The notes under the pieces were generated by a model. That model had not been told where the DNA came from, made no database searches, and saw only the letters and a program-made list of their open reading frames with translations. The position numbers were made by a program, and so were the translations under genes. Shown piece by piece: positions 30,826 to 41,596 of a stretch of DNA of 64,000 nucleotides; position 1 is the first letter of the stretch; each line of letters starts with the position of its first letter. The stretch is from Desulfatiglandales bacterium (GTDB taxonomy: Bacteria; Desulfobacterota; DSM-4660; Desulfatiglandales; Desulfatiglandaceae), in contig OY759599.1 in assembly GCA_963662465.1 (NCBI GenBank), positions 3,904,001-3,968,000 of the forward strand, read 5' to 3'.

Positions 30826-32661
30826 ATGGATAATCCTTCCGAATTTCATCTTTTAGAACCGGATTACAATCGAGAAATATTTAAAATCCCTACCCAATTC
30901 AAGAAAAAGATCCTGAACAAACTGGCATTTCTATACGGCGAACAAGCCACCGGTGTGTGCTATGCGGAACTTGAGAGAATCATGAAGGTCTATTACGCCT
31001 ACAAGACCCCCCACATGATTCACATGGAAAAGACCTTTAATGCGAATGAGCGGTTTACGGAAAAAGACGTTATTCTCATTACCTATGGCGACCTGATTCA
31101 GGGGCGCCGTCGGAAGCCCCTTGAAATTCTGGCGGATTTTACAAAATATTTAAAAGAGGCCATCAACACCCTGCACATCCTTCCTTTTTTTCCCTATTCC
31201 TCGGATCGAGGATTTTCCGTCACGGATTTTGAAGAAGTGGATCCCAGGTTAGGGACCTGGGAAGACATTCTAAAACTGAAATCTTCCACAAAATTGATGT
31301 TTGACGGGGTTTTCAACCATATTTCCGCCAAAAGCCGGTGGTTTCAGGAATTTCTGGACGGAAACCCCAGGTTCCAGGATTTTTTCACCGTTTTCTCCAC
31401 CAAAACAGCCATTTCAGAGGAATATCTGAGCCTGATTCTCCGTCCGCGCACATCCGAACTTCTCTCCACCTTCAGCACCCTGAACGGAACGCGCTCCGTG
31501 TGGACCACCTTCAGCCGGGACCAGATTGACCTTAACTTCAAGAATCCCGAAGTATTGCTCAAAATGGCGCAGATCCTGCTGCTCTATGTACGACGCGGCG
31601 CCGATCTCATCCGTCTGGATGCCATTACCTACCTCTGGCAGGAACTGGGGACCACCTGCGCGCATTTGGAGCAAACCCACACGGTCATCAAGTTGTTTCG
31701 AGACATCCTGGATGCGGTAGCGCCCCACGTGGCCCTGGTTTCCGAAACCAATGTCCCCCATGAAGAGAATATTCAGTATTTCGGCAATGGCCATGACGAA
31801 GCCCAGATGGTGTACAATTTTGCCCTGCCTCCCCTGGTGTTGCACACCTTTCAAACCGAATCATCGGCCGCCTTGACAAAATGGGCCATGGACCTTGACC
31901 GAATATCCGACGCTGCCACCTACTTCAACATCCTGGACTCCCATGACGGCATAGGCGTCTTGGGCGCCAAAAACATTCTCACGGATGAAGAGATCGAGAT
32001 GATGGCCCTGCGGGTGGTGGAACATGGCGGATTCATCTCTTTCAAGGATAACGGGGACGGTACCACGAGTCCCTATGAATTGAACACCACCTGGTACAGC
32101 GCCCTGAACCGGGACGACTGCGATGAAACCATGGACTTCAAAATCAAGCGGTTCCTGGCCTCCAGATCCATAGCGCTTGCCATGATGGGGGTACCGGGAA
32201 TCTATCTGCATGGTCTTTTCGGCTCCAAAAACGATGCCGATGCAGTCCTGGATGAAGGAGAGACCCGAAGCATCAGCCGACGAACCTTTGACCGAAAAAG
32301 CCTATATCAGACCCTTGACGACCCCGATACGTCCACCCATAAAATCGCCTTTGGGTTCGGCGATATGGTCGCCGGGAGAACCCGGGAAAAAGCATTTCAT
32401 CCCAATGCCGCCCAACGCATCCTTTACCTCTCCGACGACGTCTTTGCCCTGGTGCGAACCAGTATTGACAAGAAAGAACAGATCCTCTGCATCACCAATA
32501 TCACCCCTCGGGAACAGCAGATCACAGTGGACATGTCCACGCAGGGGTTGACCGCCGTTTCCTGGCAGGACATCCTTTCAAAACAATCTCTTTCCGCGAA
32601 TCGCGGCATCCTTTCCCTGAAACTTTCGCCTTATCAGGTGGTCTGGATAAAAAACAGATAA
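30826..32661 (+). CDS. GH13_18 sugar phosphorylase (glucosylglycerate/sucrose phosphorylase family)
   Basis: LITYGD, HILPFFPYSSD, WTTFS.DQIDLN, RLDA, ETNVPH, SHDGIG. Confidence 0.88.
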   Translation: MDNPSEFHLLEPDYNREIFKIPTQFKKKILNKLAFLYGEQATGVCYAELERIMKVYYAYKTPHMIHMEKTFNANERFTEKDVILITYGDLIQGRRRKPLEILADFTKYLKEAINTLHILPFFPYSSDRGFSVTDFEEVDPRLGTWEDILKLKSSTKLMFDGVFNHISAKSRWFQEFLDGNPRFQDFFTVFSTKTAISEEYLSLILRPRTSELLSTFSTLNGTRSVWTTFSRDQIDLNFKNPEVLLKMAQILLLYVRRGADLIRLDAITYLWQELGTTCAHLEQTHTVIKLFRDILDAVAPHVALVSETNVPHEENIQYFGNGHDEAQMVYNFALPPLVLHTFQTESSAALTKWAMDLDRISDAATYFNILDSHDGIGVLGAKNILTDEEIEMMALRVVEHGGFISFKDNGDGTTSPYELNTTWYSALNRDDCDETMDFKIKRFLASRSIALAMMGVPGIYLHGLFGSKNDADAVLDEGETRSISRRTFDRKSLYQTLDDPDTSTHKIAFGFGDMVAGRTREKAFHPNAAQRILYLSDDVFALVRTSIDKKEQILCITNITPREQQITVDMSTQGLTAVSWQDILSKQSLSANRGILSLKLSPYQVVWIKNR

Positions 32662-32760
32662 TTTCGGTGGAATTCATTCGGTTGTCGGGCAACATACACA
32701 TCCATAGTGGGTTCCTACCTTTCTATCTGCCCTTCCTTCTCTCACCTCACCCCACGGAAC

Positions 32761-33288
32761 TCAAACTTCGAAACCGTATCTGACGCCTGAAAGGTGATGA
32801 ACGATCTTTTTGCAGAGGATATCGGGGGAAAGTTCAATGGAGAGGGTCAACGCAACGTCGGGTTCTTCCAATGTTTTCAGCTGACTGTTCAGTAATTCAG
32901 GGGACAGAAAATGGTTTTTCCGCTGCTGCAGCCGCCAGTAAAGAGTATCCCGCGTTCCCTTGAGGTACACCAGCAGCACCGGAAAAGCTGAATAGCCCAA
33001 AAGAACATGACGGTATTGTTCCTTAAGGGCCGAACAGGCCACCACGCCGCCCCCCTGCCCTGCCATTTCAACCATTTTTTCCGCCACCCTTTTGAGCCAC
33101 GGTGTTCTATCGTCATCCGTCAAGGGAATGCCATTTTTCATTTTTAAAATACTGGCCGGTGAATGAAAATCATCCCCATCCAGAAAAGGGACCTGAAGCG
33201 CATTGGCCACCCGCCTGCCGATGGTGGTCTTGCCGCATCCGGAAACCCCCATAATAACGATGATCTTCAAAAATCCCCCCCTATACAC
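32761..33288 (-). CDS. Gluconokinase
   Basis: MGVSGCGKTT, DGDDFH, PLTDDDR.PWL, ACSALK, LLNSQLKTLEEP; start may be TTG 33270. Confidence 0.9.
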   Translation of the reverse strand: MYRGGFLKIIVIMGVSGCGKTTIGRRVANALQVPFLDGDDFHSPASILKMKNGIPLTDDDRTPWLKRVAEKMVEMAGQGGGVVACSALKEQYRHVLLGYSAFPVLLVYLKGTRDTLYWRLQQRKNHFLSPELLNSQLKTLEEPDVALTLSIELSPDILCKKIVHHLSGVRYGFEV

Positions 33289-34147
33289 AGATGATCTTCA
33301 GTGCAACATCCCGGAAAAACGCACGGGACCAAAGGGCTAAGTTTTCAGGGTTTTTGACAAAAGGCGCGACCTCTCTTCCAGCCTGATCAACATCCAATTT
33401 ATTTATGGTTTCAGATAACAAATCCAGCAATTCACTTGACGTTAAGGGAGCATCATTCTTCCAATCCCCGGTTTGTCGCATTCGCTGCTCAAGATGGCGT
33501 AGATGTAACTCAGGATGATTGGCAGCATACCAGACAAAATCATACCAATCACGCCCTTTTACCCTGTTTTTCCATCTTCGGCACAGAATGGCGTGCATTT
33601 TACCGGCAAACAGATCCGGCAGTGAAAAGACGCGCACAGCGAAAGGAATGGGCCGCAAGAGATAGCGGGTCTGCGTTTCAAAACCAGACGGCGGATCGGT
33701 ATCCACCTCCAGCTTGATTTTCAACATCTGTCCCTTTGGGATGGTTTTAACAATCTCATCATTTGCTTCGATTACCATGAGTTGTGTTCGGGTATTACCC
33801 TTCAGAAAAGCCGACTGTATGGGTGATGTGGTTGTTTTTTGAACCTTTTCAAACCGGACATCAAAGCCGAACCCTTCGGTCTCTTTCCTCAGAAAAGCAG
33901 CATAGCCGGTGAAATCAAAGGCGCCAAACGGTTCCAGTAAAGAGAAATCCATGTCTTCCGAAAACCGATCCAGCCCGTAGAGAATCCGTAAGGCGGTTCC
34001 GCCATAAAAGGCGGCTTTATCAAAAAACTTGCCCCGCCAAAGCCCAAGAAGCGCTATTTCCTGAAGGATTTCCCGCAGCGCATTCATATAATCATAATGC
34101 TCTCGGCATTCGTACCTGGAAAGCATGGCGTTAATGGCTTCATGCAT
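33281..34147 (-). CDS. AbiEii nucleotidyltransferase toxin (type IV TA)
   Basis: FYGGTALR...RFSEDMDF, K.HA, KGRDWYD. Confidence 0.92.
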   Translation of the reverse strand: MHEAINAMLSRYECREHYDYMNALREILQEIALLGLWRGKFFDKAAFYGGTALRILYGLDRFSEDMDFSLLEPFGAFDFTGYAAFLRKETEGFGFDVRFEKVQKTTTSPIQSAFLKGNTRTQLMVIEANDEIVKTIPKGQMLKIKLEVDTDPPSGFETQTRYLLRPIPFAVRVFSLPDLFAGKMHAILCRRWKNRVKGRDWYDFVWYAANHPELHLRHLEQRMRQTGDWKNDAPLTSSELLDLLSETINKLDVDQAGREVAPFVKNPENLALWSRAFFRDVALKIICV

Positions 34148-34805
34148 GGAAGACGTCCTTTTCTTCTTTCTGAGCGACACTTTTGACCAAATCACTCAGT
34201 AATCTGATTTTTCGGGATCGATAACGGCGGGCCATTGCATCAAGACTTATGGCGTTCAGGTCTCTCAAAGCGGCTAAATCAATTCTGAGATTGTCTTCAA
34301 GATAGCCACAGAGTTCAGCTTTCGTTTGAATGCCAACCCCTCGGCTGTCATAAAGCTTATCCGCCAACGCTTTTTCCGGTGTGGCAATTAAAAAGGCGCG
34401 GCCGCCACCGATTTCAACCCGGTCCATCCCCGTACGGAAAGCCGCCAAAGGAATCCGGCGATAGGTGAAAAGCCCAATCGGTGTAAAAAACCTTCGGGAA
34501 CGACCGGTGGTTACAGAAGTTACCGCTTCCACACGCTCCGGGATCAGACCATAATACTGTAATGCAAAATCGAGAGATATGTAAGATGGACCATAGATGA
34601 GATTGGCAAGAATCTCCCGAGAAAAGGATCTTTGGCGGTACTCATGGCCAAAGATGTAAAGACCCTTTTTAATTCTAATGATAGAACCTTTCCCAAGAAG
34701 GGAAGAAATCTTGTCCCTCGGACGAGCATAATCCTTCAGGCAAACCAGAAGCGTCTGATAATCAAACTCCTCGTATTCTATTTTATTTCGGATATTCTCA
34801 ATCAT
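34140..34805 (-). CDS. AbiEi-like antitoxin
   Basis: IRIKKGLY, PSYISLDFAL.YYGLIPE, IATPEKALAD; overlaps toxin start. Confidence 0.88.
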   Translation of the reverse strand: MIENIRNKIEYEEFDYQTLLVCLKDYARPRDKISSLLGKGSIIRIKKGLYIFGHEYRQRSFSREILANLIYGPSYISLDFALQYYGLIPERVEAVTSVTTGRSRRFFTPIGLFTYRRIPLAAFRTGMDRVEIGGGRAFLIATPEKALADKLYDSRGVGIQTKAELCGYLEDNLRIDLAALRDLNAISLDAMARRYRSRKIRLLSDLVKSVAQKEEKDVFHA

Positions 34806-34874
34806 CCCAATGGGCCCGGATATATTATGGAGGGACCGAACAAAATTCAGTTAACCGAGGATACCATTTTCGGA

Positions 34875-34907
34875 CATAGTATGTCGACGAAATTCCGACA
34901 TACTATG
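34875..34907. promoter_or_regulatory. Perfect 12-bp inverted repeat upstream of abiEi, probable autoregulatory operator
   Basis: CATAGTATGTCG-9 nt-CGACATACTATG. Confidence 0.65.
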
Positions 34908-34922
34908 CTTAATACCGTTTAA

Positions 34923-35405
34923 TCAGCTTCTCACCCCATCCAAAACTTCCCTTAGCTTCCGGGCCAGTCTATCCGCCATAAAGGGTTTTTCGATGAAATG
35001 AACGTCTTCATCCAGAATGCCGTGGTGGGCAATGGCATTGACAGTATAGCCGGACATGAAAAGCGTTCTGGTTTCCGACCGAATCTTCAGGACCTGTTCA
35101 GCCAGGTCCTTTCCGTTCATCTGGGGCATTACCACATCGGTCATGAGCAAGTGAATCGTGCCGGTGTGTTCCCGGGCCATCTCCATGGCCTCATACGGGC
35201 TGTTTGCCGTGAGTACTGCATACCCGAGCCTTTCCAGCATCATCCGTGCCATTTTCAGGATACCCGAATCATCCTCCACCAGCAGGATCAATTCCCCATT
35301 CCCCCTTAGGGTCTCCTCAAATCGCGTCGAGTTTTCCCGGGTGTTGTCTCCGCGATGCCGGGGAATAAAAATCTTAAAAGTGGCCCCTTTTCCGGGTTCG
35401 CTGTA
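34923..35405 (-). pseudogene. 3' remnant of a hybrid histidine kinase (end of HATPase plus complete receiver domain)
   Basis: YSEPGKGATFKIFIPR...GELILLVEDD...LLMTDVVMP...KPF in one frame; no native start; begins 10 bp after the FmdE stop. Confidence 0.8.
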
Positions 35406-35415
35406 GTCGGAAGTC

Positions 35416-36474
35416 CTACTTCATGACCATTTGGTACGGGTCGCCCCCTCCGATCTGATTAGCCAGTTTGGCGGGGCCGGAAAACGATTTCAGCTCCACG
35501 ATGTAGCCCAGGAGCTTTTCTCTTGGCATGCCGGCCAGCGTTCGAGCCATTTTCACTCGGGCCACCCAGAACATGGGGTTGGACGGACCGCCTTTGCAAT
35601 AAAACTCGTCGGCCTTGACGCCGGTGGCGTCATAGGCTTTGTTCCAGTCAAAGCCGAGCACCAAGCCGGTACATGAATCCTTCTTCTGATTGATGCGCAT
35701 GGCCACGGTCATGGGATCGACGCCGTCGGCGCTGTACTCTTTTAGCTTTTTCTCGCTAATGGCCATTGAATAGCCAGCTGACTTGCCGGGAGTGGCGTTG
35801 AACATGACCTGCAGGGCGTCCGCCCAGCATTTGGCCGGAGCGCTGGAAAAGACGTATTTGTCGCCGGGGCCCAGAGGCAATTTATCCATAACGTACTGAC
35901 CGACGATATAGCCGGCGTTGACGCCGGGGCAGAAATGGTCGTGAAAGGCGGCGGACAGCAAGAGCGTCCAGGGCGGATTGACAGCCCAGGCCAGACTGAA
36001 GCTGACCACGGAAAAGGTGTTAGGACCGATCAGACCGGAAGCGGCCTGTTTCCAGCCTTCCGGCGTCAGGATCTTATCCGGCGTGCCGTCCAGAATTTGC
36101 TGCTCGAACCCGGAGCCGGTCCATTTGACGAAGACAATTTTATTCGAGCCCTTTCGATACAAAGAAAACCAGAGCGGATCGAGAATTGAGCCGTGGATGA
36201 GCATCAGGTTCCGTGAACCTATGCTGCATCCGACATCCTTTTGTCCCAAATCGATGAACTGCTCGGTGCTCCGGCCGTCCACCATTCCGTAACCTGCATT
36301 GGTCAGGAGCAGCAGGCCGTCCTGACCTTTTGTGGCGCCTATTTCCGAAAACGCCCGTTGCAAAGCGGCGTCAGCCGCGCCCATCCACGGTTGCGGCCCG
36401 GCGGCGAACGCGGATGTCCCAATCAAAAGCATAATGCAGAACAGTAAAGCACAAAGCAAACGAATACGTTTCAT
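35416..36474 (-). CDS. Exported FmdE-family (formylmethanofuran dehydrogenase subunit E-like) protein
   Basis: Signal peptide (AFA-A); FHDHFCPGV and CWADALQ metal-binding motifs; AGGAGG RBS. Confidence 0.85.
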   Translation of the reverse strand: MKRIRLLCALLFCIMLLIGTSAFAAGPQPWMGAADAALQRAFSEIGATKGQDGLLLLTNAGYGMVDGRSTEQFIDLGQKDVGCSIGSRNLMLIHGSILDPLWFSLYRKGSNKIVFVKWTGSGFEQQILDGTPDKILTPEGWKQAASGLIGPNTFSVVSFSLAWAVNPPWTLLLSAAFHDHFCPGVNAGYIVGQYVMDKLPLGPGDKYVFSSAPAKCWADALQVMFNATPGKSAGYSMAISEKKLKEYSADGVDPMTVAMRINQKKDSCTGLVLGFDWNKAYDATGVKADEFYCKGGPSNPMFWVARVKMARTLAGMPREKLLGYIVELKSFSGPAKLANQIGGGDPYQMVMK

Positions 36475-36674
36475 ACCAACCTCCTATCTGACGTAATTTA
36501 ATCGATTTTCAGTTCCTTTCTTCAGAAAGCGGTTGTTGATTCTCTATCAGTCTGAACCGCCATGCGGCTTCATGCCGGTGTTGGAAAACGGCGGGCTGGT
36601 GCAGAATTGATGAAATCCCCCTCAATCTCCTTCCCAATGGGGGAGAGCATAAAATTGGAACTTTTTTATGAGCA

Positions 36675-36842
36675 GCGAGTCGACATCCCGACTGATCGTG
36701 GAAACAAAAGTCACCGGCAAGGACATGACCCCTTCCCTCATGAATGGCTTCAAGATCATGACGCCTTCGTGGCGTTTGTATGGATTGTGTTCGGCTTTTA
36801 CGAGTCGGACTTCGTGCCCGTGCTTCGGTTATAAGAACTCGC
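36675..36842 (-). promoter_or_regulatory. Structured 5' leader RNA, riboswitch candidate (partly cobalamin-like)
   Basis: Outer stem GCGAGU/ACUCGC, inner UCCGACU/AGUCGGG, hairpin ACGCC/GGCGU, GCCAUU...GGGAAGG; starts about 8 nt after the predicted TSS. Confidence 0.5.
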
Positions 36843-36856
36843 TTTTTTGGGACCGG

Positions 36857-36885
36857 AACGTACGGGATTTCGCCTTGTGTGTCAA
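36857..36885 (-). promoter_or_regulatory. Sigma70 promoter for the FmdE leader
   Basis: TTGACA(36885-36880)-17 nt-TACGTT(36862-36857). Confidence 0.6.
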
Positions 36886-36962
36886 GGGTAAAGTGGACAT
36901 AAAGGGCGGTTCAAGTCTTTGATTGACTTATCTTTCATGGTCTGATGATAGACGTGCAAACC

Positions 36963-37050
36963 ATGTCGAGACCACTCAGGATAGAATTCCCAGATGCATG
37001 GTATCATGTTATGAACCGTGCCAGGCTCGGGCAGGATGCCTTTCCCGCCG
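36963..37050 (+). pseudogene. RAYT N-terminal remnant
   Basis: MSRPLRIEFPDAWYHVMNRAR is a typical RAYT start; similarity is lost after about 28 codons. Confidence 0.75.
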
Positions 37051-37304
37051 TAAAGCATAATCTCGATCTTGAAAATCTCAGAATAAATAAGCCGGAAAAT
37101 TTTCGTTTACATCAAAGTTCACATTGAGTTTCATGTTGATATGGTTTATGTCCATTGCTGATATGTGATCCAATCACTTCAGCTGAGTCCGTACGACCGA
37201 TTTCATAAATCTGATTGTAAGGCAATCCCCTGAAAAACATCTATAGCTTAATTAGACGATAGAATGTTTTTACTGCGGTAATAAAGATCTGATCTCCCAC
37301 ATAG

Positions 37305-39239
37305 GTGAAAAAATTGCTAAATAACGGACAATTATTCAAAAACGGTCAGGTAAGGAATTTACAATATACCGCCTCATCCGTCGAGGTTTTAGAAGGCCTG
37401 GATCCGGTAAGACGCCGCCCGGGAATGTATACGGACACCCAGCGGCCAAACCATCTGGCTCAGGAAGTTATTGACAACAGCACTGATGAGGCCATTTCCG
37501 GTTATGCCACGCGTATCGATGTGATCCTGTTTGAAGACGGCTCGGTTCAGGTCGCGGACAACGGGCGCGGAATGCCGGTGGACATGCACCCCACGGAAAA
37601 AGTTTCAGGCGTCGAGGTCATTATGACCCGGCTGCATGCCGGCGCCAAATTTTCAAATAAGGATTATCAATTTTCCGGCGGTTTGCACGGTGTGGGCGTA
37701 TCGGTGGTCAACGCGCTTTCAAAACGGCTTGAAGTCGAAATCTATCGGGATGGCCGGCAATACGAAATTGCTTTTGAGGGTGGAAACAAGGTACGGGATC
37801 TGGAAATGACCGGAAGTGTCGGCCAACGGCGAACCGGCACTAAAATCAGGTTCTGGCCCGATCCACGGTATTTTGATACCATCACCTATTCAATTCCCAA
37901 GCTGAGACACAACCTGAAGGCCAAGGCGGTCCTTTGCCCGGGGCTGATGGTGAAGTTTGAAGATAAAATATCCAATGAAACCGAGACCTGGCATTTTAAG
38001 ACCGGGCTGGACGAATATCTCGTCCAAAGCCTTAACGGATATGAAATGGTACCGGAACCCCCTTTTGGCGGCATATTCGAAGGCCGGGATGAGCAGGTTT
38101 CGTGGTCTTCGGTCTGGTTGTCCAATGGGGGAGAGGCGGTCTGCGAAAGCTATGTCAACCTGATCCCAACGCCGCAGGGCGGCACCCATGTCAATGGTTT
38201 CAGGCAGGGGCTTTTGACCGCGCTCAGGGATTTTTGCGACCTGCGCAAGCTTCTGCCGAGAGGGATCAAGCTGTCCCCGGATGATGTATGGGAAAAATGT
38301 TCTTACGTTCTGTCGGTGAAGATGACGGAACCCCGATTTTCCGGCCAAACCAAGGAACGGCTCTCATCTCGTCAGTGCGCAACGTTTGTTGCGTCAACGG
38401 TCAAGGACGCCTTTACCTTCTGGCTGAACAACCATCCGGAAATCGGAGAGCAGATTGCCGAAATTGCCATTGACTCGGCCCGTCGGCGGATCAAGAGCGA
38501 TAAGAAGGTGGTGCGCAAGAAGGCCACCAGCGGCCCCACGCTGCCGGGCAAATTGTCCGACTGCATCAGCCAGGAATTTGAGCAGTGCGAACTTTTTCTG
38601 GTGGAGGGCGATTCAGCCGGCGGATCCGCCAAGCAGGCCAGAAACCGAAATACCCAGGCCATCCTGCCGCTGCGCGGAAAAATCCTGAATACCTGGGAGA
38701 TAGAATCCGAATCGATTTTATCCTCAAAAGAGGTTCACGATATCGCCGTTGCCATTGGGGTTGATCCCGGCTCGTCCGATATCAGGGGGCTTCGTTACGG
38801 AAAAAACATTATCATGACCGATGCGGACTCCGACGGGCTTCATATCGCCACATTGCTATGCGCGCTTTTTCTAAAACACTTCAAGCCGCTGGTAACAGCC
38901 GGTTACGTGTATGTGGCGCTGCCGCCGCTCTATCGAATCGATATTGGTAAAGAGGTGTATTATGCCCTGGATGAAATCGAAAAAGACATCATTATGAAAA
39001 AAGCTGAAAAAAAGAACCGGAAATCAACTGTTCAGCGATTCAAAGGCTTAGGAGAAATGAATCCGGGACAGTTGCGCGAGACCACCATGGACCCGGATAC
39101 CCGGCGGCTGGTCAAGCTGACCATTGATGAAGAGAATACGGAACATTTGTATGCCGTGATGGATATGATGCTGGGCAAAAAGAACGCCGGCGCCCGCAAA
39201 GAGTGGCTGGAAGAAAAAGGAAACCTGGTGGACATATGA
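37305..39239 (+). CDS. parE: DNA topoisomerase IV subunit B
   Basis: [57 protein letters not shown]; exact start uncertain. Confidence 0.95.
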   Translation: MKKLLNNGQLFKNGQVRNLQYTASSVEVLEGLDPVRRRPGMYTDTQRPNHLAQEVIDNSTDEAISGYATRIDVILFEDGSVQVADNGRGMPVDMHPTEKVSGVEVIMTRLHAGAKFSNKDYQFSGGLHGVGVSVVNALSKRLEVEIYRDGRQYEIAFEGGNKVRDLEMTGSVGQRRTGTKIRFWPDPRYFDTITYSIPKLRHNLKAKAVLCPGLMVKFEDKISNETETWHFKTGLDEYLVQSLNGYEMVPEPPFGGIFEGRDEQVSWSSVWLSNGGEAVCESYVNLIPTPQGGTHVNGFRQGLLTALRDFCDLRKLLPRGIKLSPDDVWEKCSYVLSVKMTEPRFSGQTKERLSSRQCATFVASTVKDAFTFWLNNHPEIGEQIAEIAIDSARRRIKSDKKVVRKKATSGPTLPGKLSDCISQEFEQCELFLVEGDSAGGSAKQARNRNTQAILPLRGKILNTWEIESESILSSKEVHDIAVAIGVDPGSSDIRGLRYGKNIIMTDADSDGLHIATLLCALFLKHFKPLVTAGYVYVALPPLYRIDIGKEVYYALDEIEKDIIMKKAEKKNRKSTVQRFKGLGEMNPGQLRETTMDPDTRRLVKLTIDEENTEHLYAVMDMMLGKKNAGARKEWLEEKGNLVDI

Positions 39240-41557
39240 GTGAAAATCTACAAAACGGATCTGAAGTGATGCTAATTCATGAATACTCTGAAAAGGCCTA
39301 CCTGAATTATGCCATGTCAGTGATCATGAACCGGGCCCTGCCGTTTATCGGTGACGGTTTGAAACCTGTTCAGCGGCGGGTTCTGTATGCCATGAGCGAA
39401 CTGGGCCTCAAGAGTACGGCTAAATATAAAAAATCAGCCCGCACCGTTGGCGATGTGCTTGGCAAATTTCATCCCCATGGGGATTCAGCCTGCTATGAGG
39501 CCATGGTGCTGATGGCGCAATCGTTTTCATATCGGTACCCTTTGGTTGACGGGCAGGGCAATTGGGGATGCGTCGATGACCCCAAATCGTTTGCCGCGAT
39601 GCGCTATACCGAAGGCAAACTGTCGGCCTTTGCCGAGATATTTCTCTCTGAAGTGAACATGGGCACGGTGGAATGGGTCCCTAATTTTGACGGCACACTC
39701 AGAGAGCCGGGCACACTGCCGGCAAGGTTGCCGAATATTATCTTAAACGGAACCATGGGAATTGCCGTGGGTATGGCGACCGACATTCCGCCGCACAATA
39801 TCCACGAGGTGGTAGATGCCTGTATCCACCTGCTGAACCAACCCAAGGCATCGGTCGAGGAATTGTGCGAATATATTCAATGCCCGGATTATCCGGGAGG
39901 CGCGGAAATTATTTCTTCACGAAAAGATATTGTGGAGATCTACCGGACCGGACATGGAACCATCCGGCTGCGTGCCCTTTGGAATACTGAAAACGGGGAC
40001 ATCGTTATATCTGAAATGCCTCACCAGGTGTCGCCGGCAAAGATCATCGAGCAGATTGCGGCCCAGATGGAAGCGAAGAAGCTGCCCATGGTGACGGATA
40101 TCCGGGATGAATCTGATCACGAGGACCCGGTTCGGATTGTCATTACGCTCACTTCCAACCGTGTGGACCGCGAAGCGCTGATGCTGCATCTGTTTGCCAC
40201 AACGGATCTTGAGCGCACAAGCCGCGTGAATCTGAATATGATCGGCCTCGACCGCAAGCCCAAGGTAAAGGGGCTTTTAGAACTCCTCACCGAATGGCTG
40301 ACGTTTCGCATCGAAACGGTCCGACTGCGACTTTCCCACCGCCTGGCACAGGTATTGGACCGCCTGCATATCCTGGAAGGTCTGTTAATCGCCTATCTAA
40401 ACCTGGACCGGGTGATTCAGATCATCCGTCAAAACGATGAACCAAAGCCCTTACTGATAAAAGAATTCAATCTTTCCGATAGTCAGGCCGAAGCCATTTT
40501 GTCCTTAAGATTACGAAATCTGGCTAAATTGGAAGAGGCCAAAATCAGGACCGAACACGACGCGCTGGAAGAAGAACGCCGTGCAATTGAAAAGATTTTA
40601 AATTCAGAAACCCGGCTCAAAACACTTGTCAAAAAAGAACTCCAGGCTGATGCCAGGGCTTTTGGCAACCCTCGCCGAACAAAGATCGTGGTACGTGAGG
40701 AGGCAAAGGTTATTGCCGCCATCGACAGGGGGCCGGTGGAACCGGTCACCGTAATTCTGTCTCGTCAGGGTTGGATCCGGATGGCCAAAGGCCATGATGT
40801 CAAGCCCGAGGATTTGAACTACAAATCCGGTGACGGCTTCCTTGTTGCCGCTAAGGGTCGGAGCAACCAGTCGGCCATGTTCCTGGATACCACCGGCAGG
40901 GTCTATGCAACACCTGTTAATGATATGCCGTCTGCACGCAGTCATGGAACACCACTGACCGGTTATTTCAAGAATCCTGCCCAGTCCCAGTTTATCGCAG
41001 CGCTAATGGGCGCGCCAAAGCAAAAGCTTCTGGTTGCCAGTACAGCCGGGTATGGGTTTGTAACCGAGCTGGAAAACTTAAACACCCGGAACCAAAAGGG
41101 AAAGGTTCTCATCAGTTTGTCGGCCGGCGCCTTGCCGCTGGCGCCCATTCACATTACCGTCAATATGGCCGGAACTTATGTGGTCTCCATTACAAACGAA
41201 GGCCGCATGCTGGCGTTTCCCATAAAAGATTTGCCTGAGCTGGCCAAGGGCAAGGGGAATAAAATAATCAATGTGCTGACAAAGGATTTTAAGGCCGGCA
41301 CGGATTTTATCAAGCATTTGTTCCTGCTGCCTGAAGACGGCCTGCTGACATTATTCTCCGGTCGTCGTCATTTTAAACTGACCGCTTCCAACTTCAGCAA
41401 TTTTATCGGCAAGCGTGCCCAGCGCGGCAAAATACTGCCCCGTGGCCTCAGAAACGTTGATTCCGTATTCGTTGAACTGCCTGCCCAACAGACATTGCGA
41501 TTGCCGGGAGACGAATCGACTACGGGAGATTGCGTCGAAGCGATCAAGAATAGTTAA
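39236..41557 (+). CDS. parC: DNA topoisomerase IV subunit A
   Basis: [38 protein letters not shown] overlap with parE. Confidence 0.95.
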   Translation: MSENLQNGSEVMLIHEYSEKAYLNYAMSVIMNRALPFIGDGLKPVQRRVLYAMSELGLKSTAKYKKSARTVGDVLGKFHPHGDSACYEAMVLMAQSFSYRYPLVDGQGNWGCVDDPKSFAAMRYTEGKLSAFAEIFLSEVNMGTVEWVPNFDGTLREPGTLPARLPNIILNGTMGIAVGMATDIPPHNIHEVVDACIHLLNQPKASVEELCEYIQCPDYPGGAEIISSRKDIVEIYRTGHGTIRLRALWNTENGDIVISEMPHQVSPAKIIEQIAAQMEAKKLPMVTDIRDESDHEDPVRIVITLTSNRVDREALMLHLFATTDLERTSRVNLNMIGLDRKPKVKGLLELLTEWLTFRIETVRLRLSHRLAQVLDRLHILEGLLIAYLNLDRVIQIIRQNDEPKPLLIKEFNLSDSQAEAILSLRLRNLAKLEEAKIRTEHDALEEERRAIEKILNSETRLKTLVKKELQADARAFGNPRRTKIVVREEAKVIAAIDRGPVEPVTVILSRQGWIRMAKGHDVKPEDLNYKSGDGFLVAAKGRSNQSAMFLDTTGRVYATPVNDMPSARSHGTPLTGYFKNPAQSQFIAALMGAPKQKLLVASTAGYGFVTELENLNTRNQKGKVLISLSAGALPLAPIHITVNMAGTYVVSITNEGRMLAFPIKDLPELAKGKGNKIINVLTKDFKAGTDFIKHLFLLPEDGLLTLFSGRRHFKLTASNFSNFIGKRAQRGKILPRGLRNVDSVFVELPAQQTLRLPGDESTTGDCVEAIKNS

Positions 41558-41596
41558 ATTTGAAACAAAACAATATCCTAACTGCCCTATGGTTTG

